NCBI GenBank assembly: GCA_002269645.1
Contig: NIVC01000759.1
Location: 1-64,000 of the forward strand
DNA from: Macrostomum lignano
Taxonomy: Eukaryota
DNA: 64,000 nt
Direction of reading: 5' to 3'
Shown here piece after piece: positions 1 to 10,080 of the stretch. Made by a program: the position numbers and the translations under genes. Below the pieces are notes generated by a model. That model was not told the DNA's origin. It ran no database searches and saw nothing but the letters and a program-made list of their open reading frames with translations. Position 1 is the stretch's first letter. Every line of letters starts with the position of its first letter.

Positions 1-1
1 T

Positions 2-396
2 TTAAAATCAGATCAAAATAAAAAAGTTGTACTTAAAATGAAAGATGAATTAAATAGCAAAATCATAACCGAGTTTATAGCAATAAGATCAAAATGCTAT
101 GCATTTAAGGTTTTAGGACAGGAGGGAGAGGTAAAAAAAATAAAAGGGGTATCAAGAGCAGCAGTAAAAAAGATAACATTTGATGATTATAAAAACGTAC
201 TTTTAGATTACCTTAATACAATTGAAAATTATCATGCTCCACAATATCGATTAAATTCAGATAAGCATCAGATGTTTGTCATCGAGACAGATAAAAAACA
301 TTAAGTCCATTTGATGATAAAAGATATTTAGATGATAAAATTAAAACATATCCATATTGGTTTAAAAGAAGAGATAAAAAATATGATAAAAGATAA
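2..396 (+). CDS. Protein-primed family B DNA polymerase, C-terminal part (5-prime truncated by window; 1-nt frameshift near 299)
   Basis: NKKVVLKMKDE...RSKCY...KIKGV...DDYK, then in the shifted frame LSPFDDKRY...TYPY, the typical Polinton pPolB C-terminus. Confidence 0.9.
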
Positions 397-1366
397 AAAA
401 CAAAAAGAAGATATAATAAGTAATATAATGAATACAAAGCGGCAATAAATAATTATTATTACGATTGTGATTGTGAATCGAATGTGATTGTGAATATAAT
501 ACATTTCTAGAATATGAAAAAGATATAGATAATTATTATTCAACATTTCCAAAAGAACTTAAAAAATTAAATAAGGAAAAAGTCTTGAATAACTGGAAGA
601 GATTAACAGAAAAATTACTTATCGGATAAAATCCGCGACCCTTCGGGCGGAAAAAAACTAAAGCATGTAATTGTTTAAGCATAATATCCATTCGATTTCA
701 TATAATATTGAAGGCCAATTTTCCTCGCAGTCGTCAGGGTAACTTAAACAATCTTTATTTTTTTCCTAAGTTTTTTTATTTTTCTAACCAATCTATCTAT
801 TTCAATTTCAATTACTATTTCAGCATAAACAATATCTTGTCTTAAAAACGTTTTCTTTTATCTATCTCATATCGGATGGGAAACATATCGTCCCCATACT
901 CATGATATTTCTGAGATATAATTATATTTATTTTTTTATTAATATCATTAAGTTCACGCTCTTTAGTGATAAGGATTTTTATCGTATCCATTTTCTTATA
1001 AAAAATTTAGTCTTCGTCGTCATCCTCCCAAACAGCCGCCAATTTTACAGTCCTATCACTCTTTTTTATTATTTGTTTGTTTTAGTTTAAATTGCAATCC
1101 ACCCTCGTTGCAGTATTTCATAACAAACGCTTTAGGTTTATTAATAACTAAAACAGGAAAATTTTTAACATCATCTCCGCTTAGACATAAAATTTTTTGC
1201 CCATCTAATTGTAAAATATTGATTGAAGCCCAATAAATTTAACCTGTCTCAAACATACAATATTATATTCTTTATTCTCCAACATATTGGGTGTGAGATA
1301 ATTAATCACATTTAGAATCGGTTTTGAACCAGCTCTCCATTTTTAATCTAAAAAAATAACAAAAAA

Positions 1367-1531
1367 ATGAAAGACATTTATGTTTGTAATAAATGTAATG
1401 TGACTATGCACAGAGGGCAAACAGCAAACGGAGATATATATCATATGTGTTATTCATGTTCTAAAATATATCAATTTGAAAAAACAAAAAAGATTGAAAA
1501 CTCATATTACTATTTTAAAAAACAATTTTAA
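1367..1531 (+). CDS. Small 54-aa zinc-ribbon protein (below ORF-track cutoff)
   Basis: AAAAAA-ATG start; MKDIYVCNKCNVTMHRGQTANGDIYHMCYSCSKIYQF with two CxxC pairs. Confidence 0.5.
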   Translation: MKDIYVCNKCNVTMHRGQTANGDIYHMCYSCSKIYQFEKTKKIENSYYYFKKQF

Positions 1532-1933
1532 GAAATCTTACAAGAGACATTTCTGATCCAATTTTAATTCCCGGAAATAATGTTTATTTATATAATAACT
1601 TTTTCCATTTAAATAAAGGAAAGGGATTAAGTTCGAAAGACTCCGAAAGGATTTTAATTTTAGTTGGATATTATTTCAATTTTCTTATTCGAGAGAATAC
1701 AAAGTTTATAAGGATAGGTAACATACCTAACGAAATGTTATTGAAAAAGTCATTGGAATTTTTATGTATTGATAAAAAATTTAAACTAGGATCAGAAGAG
1801 AGTTACCACTTTGGGAAGAATATATAACATATGCATTAAATAAATTAAACAACATTAAGTTCTACAGCACTTCCTGACCGCGGGCTTTGTGCCCCAGTAG
1901 CAATAGTTTCAGGTTCGTAAATGCCTAATGTTT

Positions 1934-2500
1934 CTATCGTGGAGCTTTGGGTTTATCGAGTCTCAACTCTTTTAATTCCATATCGGTAAAAGTTTCAACA
2001 TCTAAAATTCTATTTCTATCTTTTAAATATTTTTCATATAATTCAACCGCGGTTGATAATTCATGAATCGTTATCTCTCCGTCATCCAATATTTTTTGCA
2101 CATATAAATATAATTGATTTTTATATTGTTTTGCAACATCTCTTAAAGATTTATATTTTTCCTTTCTTTTTTTAAGATATAATTTAATTGCTAAAAGTAT
2201 TGATAAGTTCCTGATCAATTCAAAACCTGATATTGAGCCAATTGAAATACCTAAAAATAATTGAGATAAATTAAGAGTTGGAATAGATTGTAAAATACCT
2301 AAAACGATTACACATAACATTGATAAGCTTCCAAATCCAATATTGAAAAAGTCCATATTTCTTATATGGTTTGAAACTCTTCTTACTTTTTTAGCATATA
2401 AATCATAATCATAGTTAATACGATCAACATTACTTAACATCTGACCTTTACGTTGGTTGAACCGGTCGCGTTCCCATTTATCTGCTTCAGATACCGACAT
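1934..2500 (-). CDS. Polinton membrane protein (two hydrophobic helices plus KILDDGEIT motif)
   Basis: 188-aa ORF, central hydrophobic pair FFNIGFGSLSMLCVIVLGIL / LFLGISIGSISGFELI followed by a helical charged region; resembles a recurrent Polinton accessory family (from memory, not searched). Confidence 0.6.
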   Translation of the reverse strand: MSVSEADKWERDRFNQRKGQMLSNVDRINYDYDLYAKKVRRVSNHIRNMDFFNIGFGSLSMLCVIVLGILQSIPTLNLSQLFLGISIGSISGFELIRNLSILLAIKLYLKKRKEKYKSLRDVAKQYKNQLYLYVQKILDDGEITIHELSTAVELYEKYLKDRNRILDVETFTDMELKELRLDKPKAPR

Positions 2501-2877
2501 TCTCGTCTATTTTTAATAGCACCAAAATGAATTCCCCACGCTCTTTGGGTATTTGCCCGAGCTTAATAGGTATTGTATTGGAGTTATTCTTTCTTTTTTC
2601 TCCCATTTAAATCCTATTTTCCAAAACTCTTGAAGTATAATATGATTTTTTAATAACTTAATTAATTCTTGAAGCTTCTTATTATCCTGAACATTTACAG
2701 TACTAAATAAAAATTTGGTATGAGATTTGAATGTTTTTATATTTGATTCTTGTTTAGGAATAGGAATATAGACATTATTTTGCCGAATCGATGGAGTTCT
2801 ACTAAAAGCCATTTTATATAGAAATATTTTATATTTGAGTAGGAGGTTTTTCCAAATAACAGTAGAGGAAAAACATA

Positions 2878-4856
2878 ACCAAAAGATGTACTACCACAAA
2901 CTGCGCCACGAATAAAATGTGCAGCATCCGATCCTCCAGTTCGAGCACCAAAACCCATAAGGTTCCACTTTATCAAAGTTCCCCAAGTTCCACTATCATA
3001 TGTGAAAACGTTCTGCCCAATGAGGGTAAAGAATCACCAGCAACATTGTATGTATGAATCTATACCAAACCCTTTGATTTAAAATATTAATTTCAAAACA
3101 GATGCCAATCACCGTTATCAATATTGCATAGGCTACAGTTTGATCCGCGTCAGTATTAACATCCGCGCGGCTTGATCCGTCTGATTTTTTGAACTCCAAA
3201 GTACCAAATTTATCATGCCACTCACTAGCAAAAACTATCAATCCGGCGTCGGTTGATAATCCAGATCCAAATTCCGATGTTGGACGTTGGTGACAGTATG
3301 CATAAAACCAAACCGCATCTGCACCATCTCCTGTAGCATTAGCAACTCGGAAAAAGAAAGACGCAGATATATTTTGAAAATGTGTGAAATTGAATTGTAA
3401 AGCACCACTTACTCCAGAAGTTTCACGAGTAATTCTAGCGCCGTTTTGATAATCGATATAAGAAGCGTCACCAATTAAAGAACCGACTGGATATATATCT
3501 CCGGCGGTTGTTGGATTTTGATATCCAGACCAATTGCAAATTACTGGTTCGAACAAGGCCGCATCAATAGCAGGTATTCCATCCAATTTATTTTTATCGC
3601 TTCCAGACATTCTACCATTTGATGTTGGAGTAGCTAGCTGATCTACGTACGCTCGCGGAACTGCAGAAAGTATTTGAGTTGGCCAATTAAGATCTTGAAT
3701 TTCAACACGGTGTTCAAATAATTGTATTTGACGAACCTCGATAGGTTGTGTACCGGTACCACCAGTTGGGAAGAATACGCTATAATATTTCCAAAAATTA
3801 GTCGTTAAATTAGATAGAGCAAATGATGTTGCTTGAACTGGTGATCCCGACGTAGTTAATGTCGTCCATGAATCGGTAGCAACATTTTTTGCGCGAACCG
3901 ACCACCCCGAGGGTATCTCAATTGTTTCACTGCCTGTAATTCTTAATTCAAATATTCTTCTATTATAACCTAAAAATTCAAATTGAATTTCCATATTGGT
4001 TGTGGTTCCGGTATTTGGTGACCATTGTGTCGCAAGGCTTCCATCTCCAACTCGAAAAGCTGTGTTGCCATTTTCAGATGCTGTAAGAACAACATCAGGA
4101 TTTGAAGTATTTGATGTAAGCGGCGTGGTAAAAATATCGGCGTCGGTTGCATTAGCTCGCTCGTTTACTTGGCCTAGAGTTATCGAGTCTGCGTTATCTG
4201 TTCCAAATAATAAATTTGTTAATTTAAAATTATTCATATTAATATTACCACTACGAGTGGCAACTTGATTATCGACATAGTTCTTATCAACCACTGAATC
4301 ACTAGTTGTAATTGAAACATTTATAATTCGGTTGTTGCTCATATCTAGGTTTCCGGTTGCGGTGGTTTGAACATAACGTGAATCAGAATCAGTTCGAGAA
4401 TAAGAATCAGTTACATCTCTTTTTAAATTTAATCCATTATCAACTTCGGTTTTGGTATAAGAATCGGCTACGTTCCGTTTCAAATTTAATGAATTATCAA
4501 CTTCGGTTTTGTATAAGAATCGTTATTCTCTTTAAATTTAATGAATTATCAACCTCTGTTTTGGTATAAGAATCGGCTGTATTGCGTTTTAAATTTAATG
4601 AATTATCAACTTCGGTTTTGGTATAGGAATCGGCTACGTTCCGTTTCAGATTTAGTGAATCATCTATTTGAGTTTTGGTATAGGAATCTGCAACATTTCT
4701 TTTTAAATTTAATTTATTATCAATTTCAGTTTTTTTATAACCTTCATCCTCATTAATATATCGATTATCTCCAAATGTAACACTTATTCCACCAGATGTG
4801 CCACCACCACCACTACTTGTTGTTCCGTTCCATGAGGGTGTTCCAGAAAATAACAT
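2878..4856 (-). CDS. Fibre/spike-like adhesin: 19-aa shaft repeats, F5/8-type-C (discoidin)-like domain, C-terminal L-type lectin-like domain; split by frameshifts near 4520 and 3000
   Basis: Six YTKTEVDNSLNLKRNVADS-type repeats; NNRIINV...KNYVD and RAYVD stalk motifs; GDGSLATQW...WTTL...WKYY...IQLF discoidin pattern; GADAVWF...GFGARTGGSDAAHFI lectin pattern; 3-prime end approximate. Confidence 0.65.
4401..4742 (-). repeat. 57-bp coding tandem repeat (6 units) in the fibre gene
   Basis: Direct repeats of taagaatcggct...aaatttaatgaattatcaacttcggttttgg. Confidence 0.9.
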
Positions 4857-4866
4857 TTTTTACTGT

Positions 4867-5337
4867 CTATTTTATAGAGTCTAAAATCGTGCCATCGGCA
4901 CGCATGCTTTGCATGATCGCCCTAAAGTCTTCGGGGTTTACACGAGCTTCATTCGAAAGTCGATATAAAAAATACAACGCCGCTTGCCCGCAATAACTTT
5001 TATCAAAGGTTTGAAATTGTTCGTGATGATCTCCACATAAACGATTTTTAGTATGATTAAATTTATCTTTTATTTCCTGTAACGGAGGAAGCGCGTATGA
5101 ATCAAAAAAATAAACAAGTTTAGGTTTGGAATAAACTGCCGACCAATGAACACCATTTTCTTTTGTTGTTTCAATATTAACAATGAAAGATCCATATTGT
5201 GGTAAGTCTTTGATCTCATCTCGCATAACACATCTGAATGGTTTTATTTTTAACTGCCTCGCCCAATTTGTTAATTCGATATTGCTTGTTGTGTCTGTTC
5301 CATATCGTTGTTTAAAATCATCCCACGTCATGGTCAT
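4867..5337 (-). CDS. Adenain-like cysteine protease (virion maturation protease)
   Basis: Catalytic H-D-Q-C pattern: GVHW, FFDSY, Q....YCG. Confidence 0.9.
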   Translation of the reverse strand: MTMTWDDFKQRYGTDTTSNIELTNWARQLKIKPFRCVMRDEIKDLPQYGSFIVNIETTKENGVHWSAVYSKPKLVYFFDSYALPPLQEIKDKFNHTKNRLCGDHHEQFQTFDKSYCGQAALYFLYRLSNEARVNPEDFRAIMQSMRADGTILDSIK

Positions 5338-5338
5338 T

Positions 5339-5521
5339 TTATGTTCCTGAAAAACTCTTGGTTTTAGTTAGTTTCGTAGGTGTGGGTTTTAACAATTCCT
5401 TTCTTATTTTATCAGCTTGTAACTGCCTTAATTTTGCTAGTTCTAGTTCGTAATTATCTTCAGCTTTTTTAACTTTTTCTGATTGTTTTTTTATTAAATT
5501 ATTATTATTATTATTACCCAT
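5339..5521 (-). CDS. Small basic hypothetical protein (N-terminal MG, possible myristoylation)
   Basis: 60-aa ORF with AAAAA-ATG start packed between penton and protease. Confidence 0.5.
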   Translation of the reverse strand: MGNNNNNNLIKKQSEKVKKAEDNYELELAKLRQLQADKIRKELLKPTPTKLTKTKSFSGT

Positions 5522-5534
5522 TTTTACTATAGGA

Positions 5535-6317
5535 TTAAACCTGTTTTATACGTAAAATTATTGTTATTGACTGCCCACCAAAACTTATTAATCTATCGCT
5601 TTCATCTACAATCCTAATATAAATTGATTGAACATTATATTGATTTAATGGGTAATATATTGGGGTTTGAGGTGATACAATCATTTTCTCTCCAATTGGA
5701 ACAGCAAGAAATGGGATTGAATAAATAATTCCACGTTGAACCAAAACTCCATTATTATCTGTTATATAACCGCCGTTTGATATGTCGGTTGTTATATTAA
5801 TTGTATTGACTCCGCCCTCAATGTTTCCACGTATCACCGGTGCTTGATGTGGTAACTATTCGGGAATTAAATCCAAGTATGGTTCTGAGTGAATTTGCAA
5901 TTGTGAAATCAACCTGATATCCGGATCCTAGTGATAGTGTGAATCTGCCAGACGGTAAATCAACACCTATAACAATTGCTCCTGCTACCCAATCACCATT
6001 AGTTGTTAATTCTCCTTCTATATAAGCATTCAAATCAGTATAGCTATACGCTCCTGGGTTAACGCTAAATGTTGTCCAATTGGCTCCGGAATCTTTAGAA
6101 TATCTAAATTGATTATTTGTTGCATTAATTAATTGAGGCATGTTGAAAACCGAAAATAGAATTAAACCTATTTGATAACTTAGGCTTTGATCAAGTTGTA
6201 ACGGGTCGCGCAATTGAATCGTTGTTCGCTGGTTGTCATTATAAACTGTAATGTTGTACTAAATTTTGAATTAGTTCGATCTACCAATTGTTTTATAGTA
6301 TCTAAATTTGTAGTCAT
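5535..6317 (-). CDS. Minor capsid protein (penton, single jelly-roll); frameshifts near 6215 and 5830
   Basis: PGAYSYTDLN...LRTILGF...GVNTINITTDI...PIYYPLN...IRIVDESDRLISF...ITIILRIK, typical Polinton penton; two ORF-track pieces join with single-base shifts. Confidence 0.85.
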
Positions 6318-6384
6318 TTTTATAGTGGGAAATTAATCGTACCGAAGTACGCGTTCCGAAGGAACGATCGAACGAAGTCGCGTG

Positions 6385-7179
6385 CTATGTCTCTTCTTCC
6401 TCATTATCTTCTTTTATCAAATTTGTTAAAATTCTATGTTTCCTTTCTAACCTCGGATTGATATAAATATGTTTGTATTGGCTATCATCCCAAATTTTTT
6501 TACACATACTTTTAAATGGTTTTGCATCCAATCCGGGATTAAATCTAGCGTGAATATTTTGTAGATCATAGTTATCTAAATCAAACATTACACAACAGCT
6601 AGCATTCTTTTTTATAATCGATTCTAATTCTCTAAAGGATTGAGTAAGATAAAAAGCTCCAATTCCATCTCCTCTACCACTAACAAAAATTTCCTTTTGC
6701 AATTCTTGATCACCGTCATTAATACAATCATCAAAAATAATTAGTGTTTTATCATGTTTTGGAATTTGATCATAGGCTAATCGGGTTGATACTCTAACAG
6801 TTGGGGCGCGATCGGACGAAGTCCGCGACCCTTCGGGGCGATCGGTGATGTTTTCTGGCTGTTGTGCCATTGTTTTACATAAATCCTCAATGTCTGCTAG
6901 ATTAAATCGCGGTTCGTCATCATCCTCATATTGCTCATATGCTCTTAACATTCTAAACAAGACATCTTTTTTTAATTTGTTTTTTAATCCATGTTTAAGA
7001 AATTCATAATATTTTATTCTAGGTTTATTAGTATAAATTATTAAATTATTATAGTCTAACATTCCATCTGTTGTTAATAAATCGTAAACAAAGTGTGTTT
7101 TTCCTTTACCTGATCCTCCGATTACTAAACAAAGAAAAGGATCATTTGGAAATATTTTATTGTGTTTTGCCTTTACCAT
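6385..7179 (-). CDS. A32/FtsK-like genome packaging ATPase
   Basis: Walker A GGSGKGKT, Walker B LIIFDD, SGRG...LTQS motif. Confidence 0.93.
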   Translation of the reverse strand: MVKAKHNKIFPNDPFLCLVIGGSGKGKTHFVYDLLTTDGMLDYNNLIIYTNKPRIKYYEFLKHGLKNKLKKDVLFRMLRAYEQYEDDDEPRFNLADIEDLCKTMAQQPENITDRPEGSRTSSDRAPTVRVSTRLAYDQIPKHDKTLIIFDDCINDGDQELQKEIFVSGRGDGIGAFYLTQSFRELESIIKKNASCCVMFDLDNYDLQNIHARFNPGLDAKPFKSMCKKIWDDSQYKHIYINPRLERKHRILTNLIKEDNEEEET

Positions 7180-7181
7180 TT

Positions 7182-8736
7182 TTAAAGAAATAATTTAAAT
7201 AGGCGCGACGGTCGGAGACCTGCACTCATTTTACAGCGGCGCGACGTGCTTTGCACTGCACTCATTTTACAATGGTGCGTCCGAACAATCGTGCCATCAG
7301 CTTTAGCAATTGACATATATTCCTCTAGAAACAATACGTGGGCGTCAAGTGCCTGATTACCGGTTTTATTAATCTCTAACATATAATTAAGTCCAATATT
7401 GGCTACGTTTTCTTTCTGTGCCGTTAGATCATAAACAACCACTGGATGAATGTTTAGAAACTCTGTGGGTGTGTACTGAGGGACGGCATACGCTTCATTT
7501 TTGGCATAATCTTGATAATATTTTATAAAATCATTAACATTATTATTTGCAATATTTAGATTAAGAGGATCTTTAACCGGATAATATTGATCATCAACCT
7601 GCAGGCGGATATTCTGAACATTAAACTCGTTAATTGCAGCAACTGCGTTGTCTGTTGCGGTGGCTGCTTGTTCTGCTATGGCACCGGATTGAAGCCAATA
7701 TAAATCCCCATTTGCTCTTTTACTCCTTCTATTTGTTATCTTAAACCAAACAAAAATATATCTCACCCGACGTTTTGATGTCAGTATTTGCCACTGGAAT
7801 GAATCCTGATTGTTATTAATGGTTCGCATAAAGTGTCTACGATTCAAATAAAATATTTCCTGATCATGCGTTAATGATTATCGATGTGTTTTAAAAGCGG
7901 AGCTGTTACCTCAATAGTTGGTACGACTAATTGAATTGAATCTATACGAACTGCTATATCGGTTGAAATTGAGGTTCCATAAAGTATCCTAGGCTGATAT
8001 CCACCAGATATTTGCAACTGTATCCCAAATTTTAATCCTTTCCATACCCGATTTGGTGAGAAGAACCCAAATAGCGGAAGATTGAAAAGTCCTGCTCATA
8101 TGCTGTTGCTGTGGTTAAAACCGCGACTGGGAATTTATTCTGACGAGCTATAAAACCTGTATTAATATCTTTTGTATTAGTCATGGTGGTTACAACTGGA
8201 ACTATGTTTGTATTAAGGTAAACAATTAGCGCTGCAGTATCTGCACCGGCTGCGTTTTGTACATTAGGGAAAACTACTGCTTGCCCGTTACCTTTATCCG
8301 GCATCCACCCAACATTATCACCAACTTGTTTTGATAAATAAGTATAATTTAAATGTTTCAAAACTCCATTAATCTCTGCGGGGTTTGATGATGTCTCAAC
8401 CTCAGCACCATTAACAGTTAGTTGAGCTTGGGAAAAACATTTATAAAACCAATCATTTTCAATTATTATTCCGGATCGATCTGCGATATCTCCGCCTGCA
8501 AGAGCAGTTCCATCATTTCTAGTATACAACCATCTAACGCGGAAAAACGCATTTTTCATATCCAATATAGTGTTGGTTGCGCCGATGTCAAAAGTTACCG
8601 TTCCAGTAGTAAAGTTATTTGAATTATCACTTGTTGGTAGGGTATAATTTAAATCGTTTGCTCTGACCTCATTAATATACTGTCGGTGCTTTTTGAAATG
8701 AAATTTATCACTCCACATAGTTTTTGTTTCAGCCAT
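7182..8736 (-). CDS. Major capsid protein (double jelly-roll); two frameshifts near 8075 and 7870
   Basis: FSQAQLTVNGAEVE...; the intervening frame reads PLFGFFSPNRVWKG...IQLVVPTI; C-terminal RYIFVWF...IRLQVDDQYYP...PVVVYDLTAQ. Confidence 0.88.
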
Positions 8737-8770
8737 TTTTTTAAGTTAAAAAAGTTTTTTATGTTAAAAA

Positions 8771-9441
8771 ATGAGTCAATTTATGGACGTTGATGGAGAG
8801 TTAGCGATTTATAAAGAGAAGCAAAGATATTCTGATTTTGTTAGAAATTTACAAAAAAGAAAGTTAGGAATACAATTAGCGGGTGAAAGATTTGCTGCTC
8901 CTTTTGTTAATCCTATTACTGGGAAAATTAGTGAACTAGAAAAAACAGATAAAGATCTTCTGGAAAAAATTGCTAAAAATACTGAGCCAAAAGAGGATGA
9001 AATTTTGGATGAGCCGCCTGCTTATGATGTTGATCAAGCTCAATTGAGAGTTGCAGAGATTAGGGCTGCAGAAAGGGGTGGAGTTGATGAATATCCGAGA
9101 GCTGCACCAACTAGTATTGCTGTGACAGATTTAGGTAATAATAATTATCGAATTGGTGGAGTTGATAAAAATCGAAATGAACTATATAGAGAATTGGGCG
9201 GAGCATATAATATTGTTATGAACCCTAGGGTAAAATTTAACCCTGAATTATATACTAGGGATGAATTAGTAAGTGCAAAAATTTTTTATGATGAGTTGGG
9301 AGTAAGAGCTGCTAAAAATACCAGCTTGTATAAAAGATTGTTAATTCTATAAATAACAAACCAGCTGTTGGAGAAGGATTTAAAACTCCTAGAAAACTTG
9401 TTTTAGCTGCCGCGAAAGCTGCTGGACATACTGGTGTTTAA
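8771..9441 (+). CDS. Conserved Polinton hypothetical (probable core) protein; frameshift near 9345
   Basis: N-terminal ERFAAPFVNPIT motif; continuation in another frame VGEGF...LVLAAAKAAGHTGV matches the Polinton A.KAG.TG motif (from memory). Confidence 0.6.
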
Positions 9442-9468
9442 TTAATTGTTAAATTTATTTTTTATAAA

Positions 9469-10080
9469 ATGGAAACTAATAAGATTTGTACTAAGTGTAA
9501 ACAAGAAAAACCGATGACGAAAGAATTTTATTTTTGGAGAAATGATTCAAAAAAATTTAGAAATGATTGTCGATCTTGTCATAATACCTCATCTGCTATT
9601 TGGATAAAAAACAATAAAGATAAATGGAATGAATATAGAAAAAATAAGTATCACACTGATGATAATTACAAACATATTGTTTTAATTAGAAATAGAATAA
9701 ATTGGGCGTTGAAAAATTTTAATGACAAGGACTATATCTCATATCTTGGTTGCACAAAAGAATTCTTTTTTGATTGGTTAAATTTCACAAGAAATTATTA
9801 TGTATCAAAAGATTATACTGGAAAGTTAGATATTGATCATTTCATTCCCGCTTCTTCGTTTAGTTACAAAGATGAAGATCAGATGAAAAAGTCTGAACAT
9901 TGGACAAATAAAAGATACTTAACTAGCGTAGATAATAACTATAAAAAAGTTAAACAACCAACCATTGAAGAGTTTGCAAAACAATTGGTGCTTTCATGTA
10001 TTTTTAAGGCTATTAAAAATGAGCAACCGAACGAAGTTCGCGTTCCTTCGGAACGATCGGGCGGAGCCCGCGTGCCTTAG
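9469..10080 (+). CDS. HNH-family endonuclease with N-terminal CxxC zinc finger (giant-virus-like, putative homing endonuclease)
   Basis: CTKC...CRSC, YLGC...DW, DIDHFIP...HWTN...DN..KK. Confidence 0.8.
   Translation: METNKICTKCKQEKPMTKEFYFWRNDSKKFRNDCRSCHNTSSAIWIKNNKDKWNEYRKNKYHTDDNYKHIVLIRNRINWALKNFNDKDYISYLGCTKEFFFDWLNFTRNYYVSKDYTGKLDIDHFIPASSFSYKDEDQMKKSEHWTNKRYLTSVDNNYKKVKQPTIEEFAKQLVLSCIFKAIKNEQPNEVRVPSERSGGARVP

Noticed and set aside
328-1090. ORFs 328-552 and 902-1090
   Set aside because: Low-complexity AT-rich frames antisense to or overlapping likelier frameshifted viral genes; no motif support
7848-8031. Gap between the two MCP ORFs as a possible second intron
   Set aside because: The gap translates as continuous capsid sequence in another frame; it is two frameshifts
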